From NCBI GenBank assembly GCA_026397015.1, contig JAPLVR010000003.1, positions 276,134 to 340,133 of the forward strand: a stretch of 64,000 bases of DNA. The letters run 5' to 3'. Numbering within the stretch: the first letter of the stretch is position 1; every line of letters begins with the position of its first letter. The translations under genes were made by a program, and so were the position numbers. Positions 56,310-64,000 of the stretch are shown here, piece by piece. The notes under the pieces were generated by a model. The model saw only the letters and a list, made by a program, of their open reading frames with translations, had not been told where the DNA came from and did no database searches. Source of the DNA: Candidatus Iainarchaeum sp. (GTDB lineage Archaea > Iainarchaeota > Iainarchaeia > Iainarchaeales > JAAZKV01).

Positions 56310-57050
56310 ATGAATTATTATAGGGAAGCAGAGGGGCTGCCAATAAGCCTCATAAGTGAAAGGGCACAATTCAATCCGCCGAGAGGGGCGATAAGTGCGA
56401 CAAACGCGAACAGCCACCAAGATGACAGGAAAAGCGGAACGACCACGCTTGGATTGGCGGGAAAGGATTTTGTTGTTCTTGCCGCGGACCAAAGGGGGGT
56501 AATGGGAAACATTGCAACCGAAGCGAATGTGCCGAAAATTTATCCGATAACAAAATACGTTGCAGTAACTGTAGCGGGCGCAGTCGGAGACGCGCTGGCA
56601 GTGATAAGGTTTTTGAAGGCACAGGCGAATTTGTACGAAATCGAGAGGGGAACAAAAATGACTCCGAAAGCGTTGACAACGCTGCTCTCAAATGTGCTTA
56701 ACAATAACAGGTATTACCCTTTTATTTTCCAGCCGATAATTGCGGGTTTTGTGAAGGTGCCTGACATTTATGAAGCGACCCCTTACGGCTGCGTGGTTCA
56801 AAAAGACGATTACGCGATAACGGGTTCGGGAACAACATTCGCAATGACGACGCTTGATTCCGAATACAAAAAAGGGATGACAAAAGAAGAGGCGATTGCG
56901 CTCGCTGTGAAGGCGGTAAGCGCGGCAAAGCACAGGGATATTTACAGCGGCGGAGAGAGCGTAACAGTTGCTGTGATCGATGCTAACGGGTATAGAGAAA
57001 TTGACAGAAAAGAGATTGACAAAATAATACAGAAGCTGAAATTCAACTAA
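56310..57050 (+). CDS. psmB: Proteasome subunit beta with an unusually long (~48 aa) propeptide
   Basis: ...RKSG|TTTLGLAGKDFVVLAADQRGVMG is the N-terminal Thr active-site context. No in-frame ATG/GTG/TTG closer to the Thr that I could find. Confidence 0.9.
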   Translation: MNYYREAEGLPISLISERAQFNPPRGAISATNANSHQDDRKSGTTTLGLAGKDFVVLAADQRGVMGNIATEANVPKIYPITKYVAVTVAGAVGDALAVIRFLKAQANLYEIERGTKMTPKALTTLLSNVLNNNRYYPFIFQPIIAGFVKVPDIYEATPYGCVVQKDDYAITGSGTTFAMTTLDSEYKKGMTKEEAIALAVKAVSAAKHRDIYSGGESVTVAVIDANGYREIDRKEIDKIIQKLKFN

Positions 57051-57094
57051 TTAAAAAATTGCGAAGCAAACAAGCGGCAAACTTAAAGAATTTT

Positions 57095-57110
57095 TTTGCG
57101 GACACGCAAA
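57095..57110 (+). terminator. Hairpin after psmB within a T-rich context
   Basis: TTTGCG-GACA-CGCAAA, preceded by TTTTTTT (57091-57097). Archaeal termination mainly uses oligo-T, so this is tentative. Confidence 0.3.
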
Positions 57111-57122
57111 TTAACTTAATTG

Positions 57123-57236
57123 ATTTAACAAACTGGATTACCAAAATTTATTTAACAAATTAGATTACCGAAGTTGATTTAACAAATTGAATCATCAAAA
57201 TTTATTTAACAAATTGAACAACTGAAATTGATTTTT
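57123..57236 (+). repeat. Tandem 27-bp repeat, 4 full units plus a partial fifth, ending at the aCPSF1 start codon
   Basis: ATTTAACAAA begins at 57123, 57150, 57177 and 57204 (exact 27-nt phase). The units are atttaacaaactggattaccaaaattt, atttaacaaattagattaccgaagttg, atttaacaaattgaatcatcaaaattt and atttaacaaattgaacaactgaaattg. The fifth unit, atttttATG, carries the start codon at 57237. Unit endings alternate, giving a 54-nt super-period. Confidence 0.85.
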
Positions 57237-59141
57237 ATGCCTCAGAAAATTGAAATACTAAAGCATATTGAGGAACAGCTCAAAGAAACCCTGCCGGACA
57301 GGTGCGAGGTTTCAAAAATAGAAATGGAAGGGCCCGAAGTTGTAATCTATACAAAAAATCCTTCCGCGTTTTTTGGAAACGACAACTTCGTTTCAAAAAC
57401 GGCGTTCGCACTCAAAAAAAGAATTAACATAAGAACCGATAAAAGCCTGCTCGGGCCGGAAGAACAAACCAGAAAACAGGTTTTCGAATTGGTGCCGAAG
57501 GAAGCCGAGGTGAAGGACATTTATTTCAACGCGCCGTTTTCACAGGTCGTAATTGAGGCAGTGAAAAAAGGGATTGTAATAGGAAAAGGCGGGGAAATTT
57601 CAAAAAAAATAATTATGGAAACCGGCTGGACGCCTGAAATTCTGAGGGCGCCGACAAGCGATTCGGAAATATTGAAGGGTATAAGAAGGCACCTCCACAC
57701 GCACTGCGACGAAAGAAAAAAATTCCTGTTAAAAACTGCGGAAGACATTTACACCCGGCCAAGCAAGGCGCAGCATGAATGGGTGAGGTTCAACGCGCTT
57801 GGGGGGTTTAGAGAGGTGGGAAGAAGCTGCATGCTGGTTGAAACGCCGCACACAAGATTGATGATGGATGCGGGAATAAACATGAGCCAGGATGACCCTT
57901 ATCCTTACCTTGATGCGCTTGGATATCCTCTCACAGAACTTGATGCTGTTGTGATTTCACACGCGCACATCGACCACTCGGGATTACTGCCTTACCTTTA
58001 CAGATTGGGATTTGAAGGGCCGACATACTGCACGGAACCGACAAGAGATTTGATGACGCTGCTGCAATTTGATTACATTGATGTTGGGATTACGAATGAA
58101 AAGGAAGCCCCTTTCGGAGAAAGGGACGTGAAAAATGCGTTGCTCCACACGATTCCGAGGGATTACAGGGAAGTTACCGACATCGCGCCCGACATGAGAT
58201 TGACTCTGCACAATGCGGCGCATATTTTAGGTTCAAGTTCCGTGCATTTGAACATCGGAGAAGGCGCGCACAACCTTGTTTACAGTGCGGACATAAAATA
58301 CGGTTTTACAAGATTGTTCAACAATCTTGACATAAAGTATCCGAGAATTGAGACGCTTGTAATTGAAAGCACCTACGGTTCAAAGGACGCAATACAAATG
58401 CCGAGGGAAATCGCGGAGCAGAAGCTGCTTGAAATAATACAGGAAACGACGCAATTCGGCGGCAACGTTTTGATTCCGGTTTTCGGAGTCGGAAGGGGGC
58501 AGGAAATCGCGCTTGTAATTGAAAATTTTTACAAGCAGGGAATTTTAACTGACCAAAACAAAATTTACATTGACGGAATGATAAGAGAAGCTTCTGCAAT
58601 ACACACTGCGTACCCTGAACAATTGAGGAAAAGCCTTGAGAGAAGAATACTTACAAACGATTCTCCATTTGATTCGCCGATATTCAAGGTTGCGAAACGC
58701 GAGGACAGGGAGAAAATAATTAAGGAAAGCGGGGCGGTAATAATTTCCACATCGGGAATGATGCAAGGGGGCCCAATAATTGAATATTTTAACGCAATGG
58801 CCGAGAACCCGTCAAACACTTTGGTGTTCGTTGGTTATTTGGCTGAAGGGACGCTTGGAAGGAGAATACAGCAGGGAATGCGAAGCCTGCCGATAATACA
58901 GAACGGCAAAACAAAAAAATTGGAAGTTAAAATGAAAATTGAAACGGTTGACGGATTTTCCGGGCACAGCGACTTCAACCAGCTTTCTGCTTATGTCGGC
59001 GCATTGAAGCCGAGCCCGAAAAGAATTTTGGTTGGGCACGGGGACCCCGCGAGAAGCGTCGAATTTTCGAGGTACCTCGCCGGAAGGTACAAAATCAATT
59101 CCACTTCAATCAGAAACCTCGACGCGGTGAGGCTCAAATAA
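57237..59141 (+). CDS. aCPSF1/FttA: KH domains plus metallo-beta-lactamase/beta-CASP ribonuclease
   Basis: N-terminal KH-like domains (VIGKGGEISKKI), HAHIDHSG (HxHxDH), a beta-CASP region, and C-terminal GFSGHSD...VGHGD. Confidence 0.9.
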   Translation: MPQKIEILKHIEEQLKETLPDRCEVSKIEMEGPEVVIYTKNPSAFFGNDNFVSKTAFALKKRINIRTDKSLLGPEEQTRKQVFELVPKEAEVKDIYFNAPFSQVVIEAVKKGIVIGKGGEISKKIIMETGWTPEILRAPTSDSEILKGIRRHLHTHCDERKKFLLKTAEDIYTRPSKAQHEWVRFNALGGFREVGRSCMLVETPHTRLMMDAGINMSQDDPYPYLDALGYPLTELDAVVISHAHIDHSGLLPYLYRLGFEGPTYCTEPTRDLMTLLQFDYIDVGITNEKEAPFGERDVKNALLHTIPRDYREVTDIAPDMRLTLHNAAHILGSSSVHLNIGEGAHNLVYSADIKYGFTRLFNNLDIKYPRIETLVIESTYGSKDAIQMPREIAEQKLLEIIQETTQFGGNVLIPVFGVGRGQEIALVIENFYKQGILTDQNKIYIDGMIREASAIHTAYPEQLRKSLERRILTNDSPFDSPIFKVAKREDREKIIKESGAVIISTSGMMQGGPIIEYFNAMAENPSNTLVFVGYLAEGTLGRRIQQGMRSLPIIQNGKTKKLEVKMKIETVDGFSGHSDFNQLSAYVGALKPSPKRILVGHGDPARSVEFSRYLAGRYKINSTSIRNLDAVRLK

Positions 59142-59285
59142 TTTTTGTTTAAAACCCGCTCAAATAACCACAAACAAGTTCAAACTCGAAAAACTGGAAA
59201 AAATTTGGGAAATAATCTTTTTCCTTTGGAAATAAACAATTCCCAATAACTTTTTGCTTTTTTCGCAACGTTTCTTTAAATTTTT

Positions 59286-59765
59286 TTATTTTTCGTAAAT
59301 CCTTTGGAGTTTTTCCAGCGCGGCCGAAATTTTTTCCAATTCTTGGTCGAAAGGGGCTCTGACCCAGGCGTCGAAAGAAGCGGAAAGCGACCCCCTTTTT
59401 TCGGAATAAGGGTTTGGGTTTATCGAGTAGCGGTTTTTCTTCCGCTGAATTATTCCCAAATCAACAAGCCGATTCAGATGATACCTTATAAGTTTCTCGC
59501 TCACCACAAAAGAATACTTTTTCTTAATTGACGCTTGAACATCAAGCGTTGTCGGCTTTTCCTTTTTCTTGAAAAGCAGCGAAAAAAGGGAGTCGAAAAT
59601 TATTATCGCCTTGTCCCTGCTTTCCTTCGGAGAAATTAAGCCGAGGGAGAGGGAACACCAGCGGAGTAGGGACTTTTTTGTGAGCGTAACTGATTGCGGT
59701 AGGTCGAGCTGGCGCAAAATAATTTCCTTTCTAATATATTCCGCCTCGGGAATCACCTGTGCCAT
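59286..59765 (-). CDS. Winged-helix DNA-binding protein (same architecture as 15775-16314)
   Basis: LRWCSLSLGLISPKESRDKAIIIF...SEKLIRYHLNRLVDLGIIQRKKNRY. Last gene of the minus-strand pilin-like locus. Confidence 0.55.
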   Translation of the reverse strand: MAQVIPEAEYIRKEIILRQLDLPQSVTLTKKSLLRWCSLSLGLISPKESRDKAIIIFDSLFSLLFKKKEKPTTLDVQASIKKKYSFVVSEKLIRYHLNRLVDLGIIQRKKNRYSINPNPYSEKRGSLSASFDAWVRAPFDQELEKISAALEKLQRIYEK

Positions 59766-59884
59766 TATCCAAATAGAGCTGAAGAAGTTAAAAAACTATG
59801 GAAAAAGAGTTTTTCCTTAAATAATAAATTGTTCTAAAAATATTAAACGCCGACTGAAAATTTTTACAAACAATAATCAAATCG

Positions 59885-61015
59885 TCAATTTTCTAAACGG
59901 ACACACCGAGCACCGTAGGTGCCGCCATCGCTCTTACTGCCGAAGCCAAGGGTGCCGCCATTACTGGAATACAATCTGAACGCGCTGCCCGGACTCGACG
60001 GAACACTCGTACTAGACCAATAAAAAATACAACCGGTAAACCCGGAATAACAAGTGCCTGTCTGATTATCATATATCAACCCAATCTCAATCTTAGTAGG
60101 CAAATGCCAATCATCATAACCAGCCAAAGACAAATTATTACAATAATCCAAAGCACCCTGCCAAGTAACCGTAGAACCACTACTGCCTTTTTGCCACATC
60201 AAACCACTACTCAAATCACTCAAAGTAAAATTATCACTATTAACCCTCCAAACCCTCGCATAACTAGCACCATAAATATTACCATCCTCGCCAGTACCAC
60301 TACAAGACCTAGGAGCACCGCCAGTATCCCAACAACCAGTCTGGCCAGTCATAGTTTGATAAAAAGAACCATTAAAACCAAAAATACTTGTTCCTAATTT
60401 AATCCTACTAGCCCTCAAATCAGGATCAACTGTACTCAAAGTATTCGCATCATAATAACCAGCACTCAAAACCGCAGAAGAAGGACTCAAATACTGAGTC
60501 GGCAAAGAACCATGCAACAAAGTACTAGAATTACCATAAAAACTATACCCGCTCAAAACCTTATCCACAACAGCATTACCATCATAACTACAAGAACCAC
60601 CTTCTACCAAAGAACCATCAACACCAAAAATATTTACCCCTGATTTAATGTTTCCAACAACCAAATCAGGATCAACTGTATTCAAAGCAGTTGCGTCATA
60701 ACAACCAGCCGAAACATTTGTTGAAAGAGGATTCAAAGTTTGCGGACCACCACTGCAACTCGAACCACAACTACCCGGAACATTCCCTTTACATGAAACA
60801 GGATTTATTACTTCACAATTCGAGTCACTTGTCGGGCTGTCATAGCTGCAACTCTCAAAGCATTTTAATTTATCCAGTTCACTAGTTACCTCTTCTGGCT
60901 TTGGATTCGCAGAACTCCCAATACCCACTATCACTGCAATAACTATTGCTGCAACCACCACTGCCGCGCCAATTATCAGAAGGTATTCCACTGCCCCCTG
61001 CCCTTTTCTTCCCAT
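59885..61015 (-). CDS. Class III signal peptide protein with an internal duplicated module and a C-terminal DUF1566 (Lcl C-terminal, lectin-like) domain
   Basis: MGRKGQG|AVEYLLIIGAAVVVAAIVIAVIVG. Duplicated AG[CY]YDA..L.TVDPDL....IK.G..IFG..GS module. DDWHLPTKIEIGLIYD...YWSSTS...ARCVRLEN is the DUF1566 pattern. Confidence 0.7.
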   Translation of the reverse strand: MGRKGQGAVEYLLIIGAAVVVAAIVIAVIVGIGSSANPKPEEVTSELDKLKCFESCSYDSPTSDSNCEVINPVSCKGNVPGSCGSSCSGGPQTLNPLSTNVSAGCYDATALNTVDPDLVVGNIKSGVNIFGVDGSLVEGGSCSYDGNAVVDKVLSGYSFYGNSSTLLHGSLPTQYLSPSSAVLSAGYYDANTLSTVDPDLRASRIKLGTSIFGFNGSFYQTMTGQTGCWDTGGAPRSCSGTGEDGNIYGASYARVWRVNSDNFTLSDLSSGLMWQKGSSGSTVTWQGALDYCNNLSLAGYDDWHLPTKIEIGLIYDNQTGTCYSGFTGCIFYWSSTSVPSSPGSAFRLYSSNGGTLGFGSKSDGGTYGARCVRLEN

Positions 61016-61049
61016 AAAAATCATAACTATGTCCAAAAAGCAATACTCG

Positions 61050-61085
61050 AAGTAACATTTAAAGTAATATTTGAAGTAATATTTA
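61050..61085. repeat. 12-bp tandem repeat x3 (a degenerate 4th unit precedes at 61038-61049) upstream of the DUF1566 pilin-like gene
   Basis: + strand aagtaacattta / aagtaatatttg / aagtaatattta. On the gene strand these read AAATATTACTT-type TATA-like units, 35-70 nt upstream of ATG 61015. Confidence 0.6.
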
Positions 61086-61136
61086 ACACTTGCTATTGTA
61101 ATTCAACGCCGGCTTTCGAATGTAAGCCCGATTGAT

Positions 61137-62780
61137 TTAAGTGAGGATAAAATTAGTGAAACCCATTTTTATCAGCAGTTTTTCAACCGGAATCCTGAAC
61201 TCGGCGAGGCACTCTTCCGAATAGTCGAAGCCGAGCTGCATCTTGTATGTGCAATCCGAATTTCGCTGGCATTCGTCAATTGTGATGTACTTGAACATGG
61301 AACCCTGCGGAATGCGGGCGCGCAGTTCCGAAAGGGAAAATTTGTCGTTAGTTATTATCTTTATTTCTTTGGGGAGGGAGAAGAAATCGCATTCGAATTT
61401 CCACTTTATCGCGTACTGCATCGCCTTAATGTTGTTCGGCCAGGTGCTCACCTGCGCCAAAGTTGTTTCTTCTTTTGCCTCAATGAGAATCATTTCCTTT
61501 GAATCGCCAATTACCTTGAATTTGCTGAAATCCCTCAGCGCGTCAGGGGTAACATAAAATCTGTCGCCTTTTTTTATTGGCGCAGTCATTTCTTCGAAAG
61601 GGCCTATGTAATTCCTTTTGAAAAAAACATTGAGGAAGAAAATCATTGAAATGAAAAAAATTAACAGAAAAATAACTGCTAAAAATCGCTTCCAATTTTC
61701 TTTCAATAAAACAAAAATAAAGTTTTTCTTTTTTTCACCTTTCTTTTTCTTCGCATTCAACCCCTCAAGTCCATACTTTATTTTTTGAATTAAATAAATC
61801 AAAAAGTAGGGAATGAGGGCGAAAGTGAGGAAACCCGAAAAAATAATTAAGTTCATAATTACGCCGGTAATCATCAGGTCAAACGGGTAACCGCCACTAA
61901 TGAGGTAAATTGTCGCTGGAATTAGGTTGAAAATAAAGGTTGGAAGAAAACAAAATTTGAAGTAATTTTTAACCGGCGAGAAAATTGTTTTTGGGTTTCC
62001 TAAGAGAAGATAGAGGAAGAAGGGCGCGCCCACGAGGAAGTCTTCGGTGAAGATACCGCCGTCGATGATTGTTTTTGTGACAAGGAAAAAGGCGCACACG
62101 AAAAGCCATGTTAAAGGAAACAAAATTTCTTTCGGCCATTTTTTTACGAACCTCGAAAACAAGAAAATGCTGCATAATAAAAAGGCGGCGTAAAAAATGA
62201 ATGCGAGGAACCACACGGGAAAAAACCATTGTGGCATGAAATCGACCAGCGCCAAATCCAAGCCGTAAAAGTTTTCGATTCCGGGGAAAAGTATTTTCAA
62301 CGGGAGAAGGAGGGGCTTCATCACGTGATTATGCGTCATGCTGGTGACGCTTAGAACGGGTGCGTTTGTGGAATAAACCAAATACGAAAGCGTAAAAGGG
62401 GAAAGATTATTGTAGTCGGAATAAACCATGAATGAAAAGATGTTCAGGAAACCCAAAACAACTAGCAGCAGAACAACGAGAAAACTCAGGAACGCGATTC
62501 TTTTTTCCAAAACTTCTTTCATGCCTTCCAATTTTTCAAAAAAAGAAAAAAATTTTATGGGCTTTGAACCAATTTTTCGATTTGTTTTGATTTTTTGTTT
62601 TTGTTGCGCGCGGAAAACAATAAAAAAACAAATCCCAAAAATTACCAAAAATAAAAGGACCTTTGAATTTGAATAGGCTTTGAAAAAACCCATTCCTGCA
62701 ATGCGATACCACAAATCGAAAGGGGAAACAAACGCAAGCGCGAACAAGGCAAGCAACACGGCGAAAAACAGCCACATCAT
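61137..62780 (-). CDS. Hypothetical polytopic membrane protein (about 12 or more TM) with a C-terminal soluble domain
   Basis: 547 aa. Very hydrophobic N-terminal ~370 aa, a Lys-rich loop (NAKKKKGEKKK), one more TM, then a ~170-aa soluble domain containing Cys. No family recognised. Confidence 0.6.
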   Translation of the reverse strand: MMWLFFAVLLALFALAFVSPFDLWYRIAGMGFFKAYSNSKVLLFLVIFGICFFIVFRAQQKQKIKTNRKIGSKPIKFFSFFEKLEGMKEVLEKRIAFLSFLVVLLLVVLGFLNIFSFMVYSDYNNLSPFTLSYLVYSTNAPVLSVTSMTHNHVMKPLLLPLKILFPGIENFYGLDLALVDFMPQWFFPVWFLAFIFYAAFLLCSIFLFSRFVKKWPKEILFPLTWLFVCAFFLVTKTIIDGGIFTEDFLVGAPFFLYLLLGNPKTIFSPVKNYFKFCFLPTFIFNLIPATIYLISGGYPFDLMITGVIMNLIIFSGFLTFALIPYFLIYLIQKIKYGLEGLNAKKKKGEKKKNFIFVLLKENWKRFLAVIFLLIFFISMIFFLNVFFKRNYIGPFEEMTAPIKKGDRFYVTPDALRDFSKFKVIGDSKEMILIEAKEETTLAQVSTWPNNIKAMQYAIKWKFECDFFSLPKEIKIITNDKFSLSELRARIPQGSMFKYITIDECQRNSDCTYKMQLGFDYSEECLAEFRIPVEKLLIKMGFTNFILT

Positions 62781-62901
62781 GCAACACCAAAAAATGCGAA
62801 GGATTAAAAAAGCAGAGAGAAACCGCGCAACCCGCTATTAAAACAAGCGGTGCATGAAACAAAAATCCGGCTCAACAAAAACAACACCCCGCCAATACAC
62901 A

Positions 62902-64000
62902 TCAACAATCAGGACACCAGCCACATTCACAACCATCAGTATCACCACACCCCGGGCGGCGCAAATAATTAAAACCACCAGAATAGCCGGTGTTGCTGTA
63001 ACAATACACGCCCTTGCCTATCTGATTGGAATCTGTGCTGGTCATCGTGCTGCCGGCAGGCGTGTAATAAAACTTTGCTGTAACCGCACGCCGCGCATTA
63101 TCCACACAGGGGAAAATCAGCCCACTACTCTTACCCATCCTATCCATCAAAAGCCCGGTGGTTTCCTCGGAATTAATATTAATATCCGGCGGGTCACGCG
63201 TGCATTTGTAATCATAATTCATATCCCCATTGCCAGTAGTTGCATCCCAACTAGCATAAGTAACGGTAGGCGCCTTCATCAAACCTTTCCAAGCCCCGCA
63301 AACATTACAACCCTCCCCACTCGGCCCAGTAGCCCTGATGCTCCCGTCATACATCCCGACCTGATTACCGTTAATATCCATCTTATTAACCTGCACCATG
63401 CTGTTAGAAATGTTCTTTATCAAGAACTGGATAATGCTGCCACTTTGGACACTTGGTAAAGAATTATAATCAATCCCGACCGCAGAAAAAATATGGAACG
63501 GCCAAAACTTCGCAGGGAAATAAAAAAAATCAGGGTCCTGAATATAATCAAACGCACCCTCATAACCGTTGCCCGAATACCGACTCTCCTTGCATGGAAT
63601 ATTAACATCGTCAAAAAACTGGGAAGAACCATCGGCGAAAACAAAATTAATATCAAGAACCTTCCAATAATTACCCCAAGAACCGATGCACCAGTCAGGC
63701 CAAGCGTCATCACTGAAAATCCCAATAGTCGCACCCGCGGAAACATAAGCCCTCGGCGGCAACGAGGTGCACGCAAACTGGCCATTAAGGTCCCCACCAG
63801 TAATATTCGAATCCTTGGGAGAAGCCCCCTGCAAATACGATAAATTAATCACCTTACCCAAACTATCGGGCAACGAACTACCACAACCACCTGTCTTCGG
63901 ATCTGAAACAGAATCTGAAATTTTATAATTCTGTGTCACAGTGCAGGAAGTGGAAGTTGCATTGCACATGTTGCCACTAGTCCCAGTCTTACCACCGCAG
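62902..64000 (-). CDS. Cys-rich, Gly/Asn/Asp-rich secreted-type protein; 5' end lies beyond the window
   Basis: The frame stays open upstream of the annotated ATG (63969) to the window edge (...CGGKTGTSGNMCNATSTSC...). Ends ...RRPGCGDTDGCECGWCPDC*. No family recognised. Confidence 0.55.
   Translation of the reverse strand, partial: CGGKTGTSGNMCNATSTSCTVTQNYKISDSVSDPKTGGCGSSLPDSLGKVINLSYLQGASPKDSNITGGDLNGQFACTSLPPRAYVSAGATIGIFSDDAWPDWCIGSWGNYWKVLDINFVFADGSSQFFDDVNIPCKESRYSGNGYEGAFDYIQDPDFFYFPAKFWPFHIFSAVGIDYNSLPSVQSGSIIQFLIKNISNSMVQVNKMDINGNQVGMYDGSIRATGPSGEGCNVCGAWKGLMKAPTVTYASWDATTGNGDMNYDYKCTRDPPDININSEETTGLLMDRMGKSSGLIFPCVDNARRAVTAKFYYTPAGSTMTSTDSNQIGKGVYCYSNTGYSGGFNYLRRPGCGDTDGCECGWCPDC

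Noticed and set aside
59885-60100. Possible diversity-generating retroelement (DGR) target. DUF1566/C-type-lectin-like C-termini ending in ...RCVR are classic DGR variable regions, and DGRs are known in DPANN archaea. The 3' ~130 nt of this gene is also compositionally different from the rest of the gene.
   Set aside because: I found no reverse transcriptase ORF and no template-repeat copy of the 3' region anywhere in the 64 kb. A TR/RT pair could lie outside the window, so this is unproven rather than excluded. A self-alignment of the contig against 59885-60050 that allows A-to-N mismatches would settle it.
1-64000. Search for tRNA, rRNA, RNase P/SRP RNA and CRISPR arrays in all spacers longer than 50 nt.
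   Set aside because: No cloverleaf-compatible sequence (no GTTCRANYC-type T-loop with matching acceptor stems) was seen. No rRNA-like conserved blocks were seen. No array of regularly spaced 25-40-nt repeats with unique spacers was found. The only tandem repeats are the 27-bp and 12-bp promoter-proximal arrays. This was a by-eye scan only; tRNAscan-SE or Infernal should confirm it.

Overview
Compact, gene-dense archaeal chromosome segment using the standard genetic code. It holds about 60 protein genes, many joined by 1-7 nt stop/start overlaps, and several start on GTG or TTG. I found no rRNA, tRNA or CRISPR array. Calling it a DPANN-like small-genome archaeon is inference only. It rests on the archaeal gene set, the tight packing, Lys/Glu-rich tails on housekeeping proteins, and very large surface proteins.

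Layout:
- 1-35 kb is an information-processing core, almost all on the + strand. It includes ribosomal proteins (uL13, uS9, uS2, L7Ae, eS28, eL24, eS6, eS24, eS31, uS15, eS1), RpoN, Rpo7 and Spt4. It also includes GluRS, aIF5B, aIF2-gamma, the t6A enzymes (TsaC/Sua5-Kae1, with Bud32 further on) and grpE-dnaK-dnaJ. SecDF, a Nog1-like GTPase and both PolD subunits complete it.
- 35-37 kb holds Orc1/Cdc6, a 450-bp A/T-rich spacer that is a candidate replication origin, and SepF.
- 38-64 kb mixes housekeeping genes (Hel308, NAC, FKBP, proteasome beta, aCPSF1) with three accessory cell-surface loci made of unassigned proteins.

Best leads:
1. A translationally coupled three-gene operon encoding 2943 aa of surface proteins with complementary membrane topologies (38145-46977).
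2. Two loci where archaeal class III (type IV pilin-like) signal peptides are fused to large globular domains: an SBBP-type beta-propeller and a DUF1566 lectin-like domain. Each sits beside unassigned membrane or Cys-rich partners, and one locus has strongly deviant base composition.
3. A double-motif LAGLIDADG endonuclease gene sitting exactly in the grpE/dnaK junction, bracketed by a 10-bp duplication of the dnaK start.
4. A DUF92 - CDP-archaeol synthase - small archaeosortase-like gene string (1-nt and 7-nt overlaps).
5. A CAP/SCP-domain gene islet flanked by a duplicated gltX 3' end.
6. A 27-bp x4 tandem repeat abutting the aCPSF1 start codon.

All homology calls come from reading the translated ORFs by eye; no database search was run.
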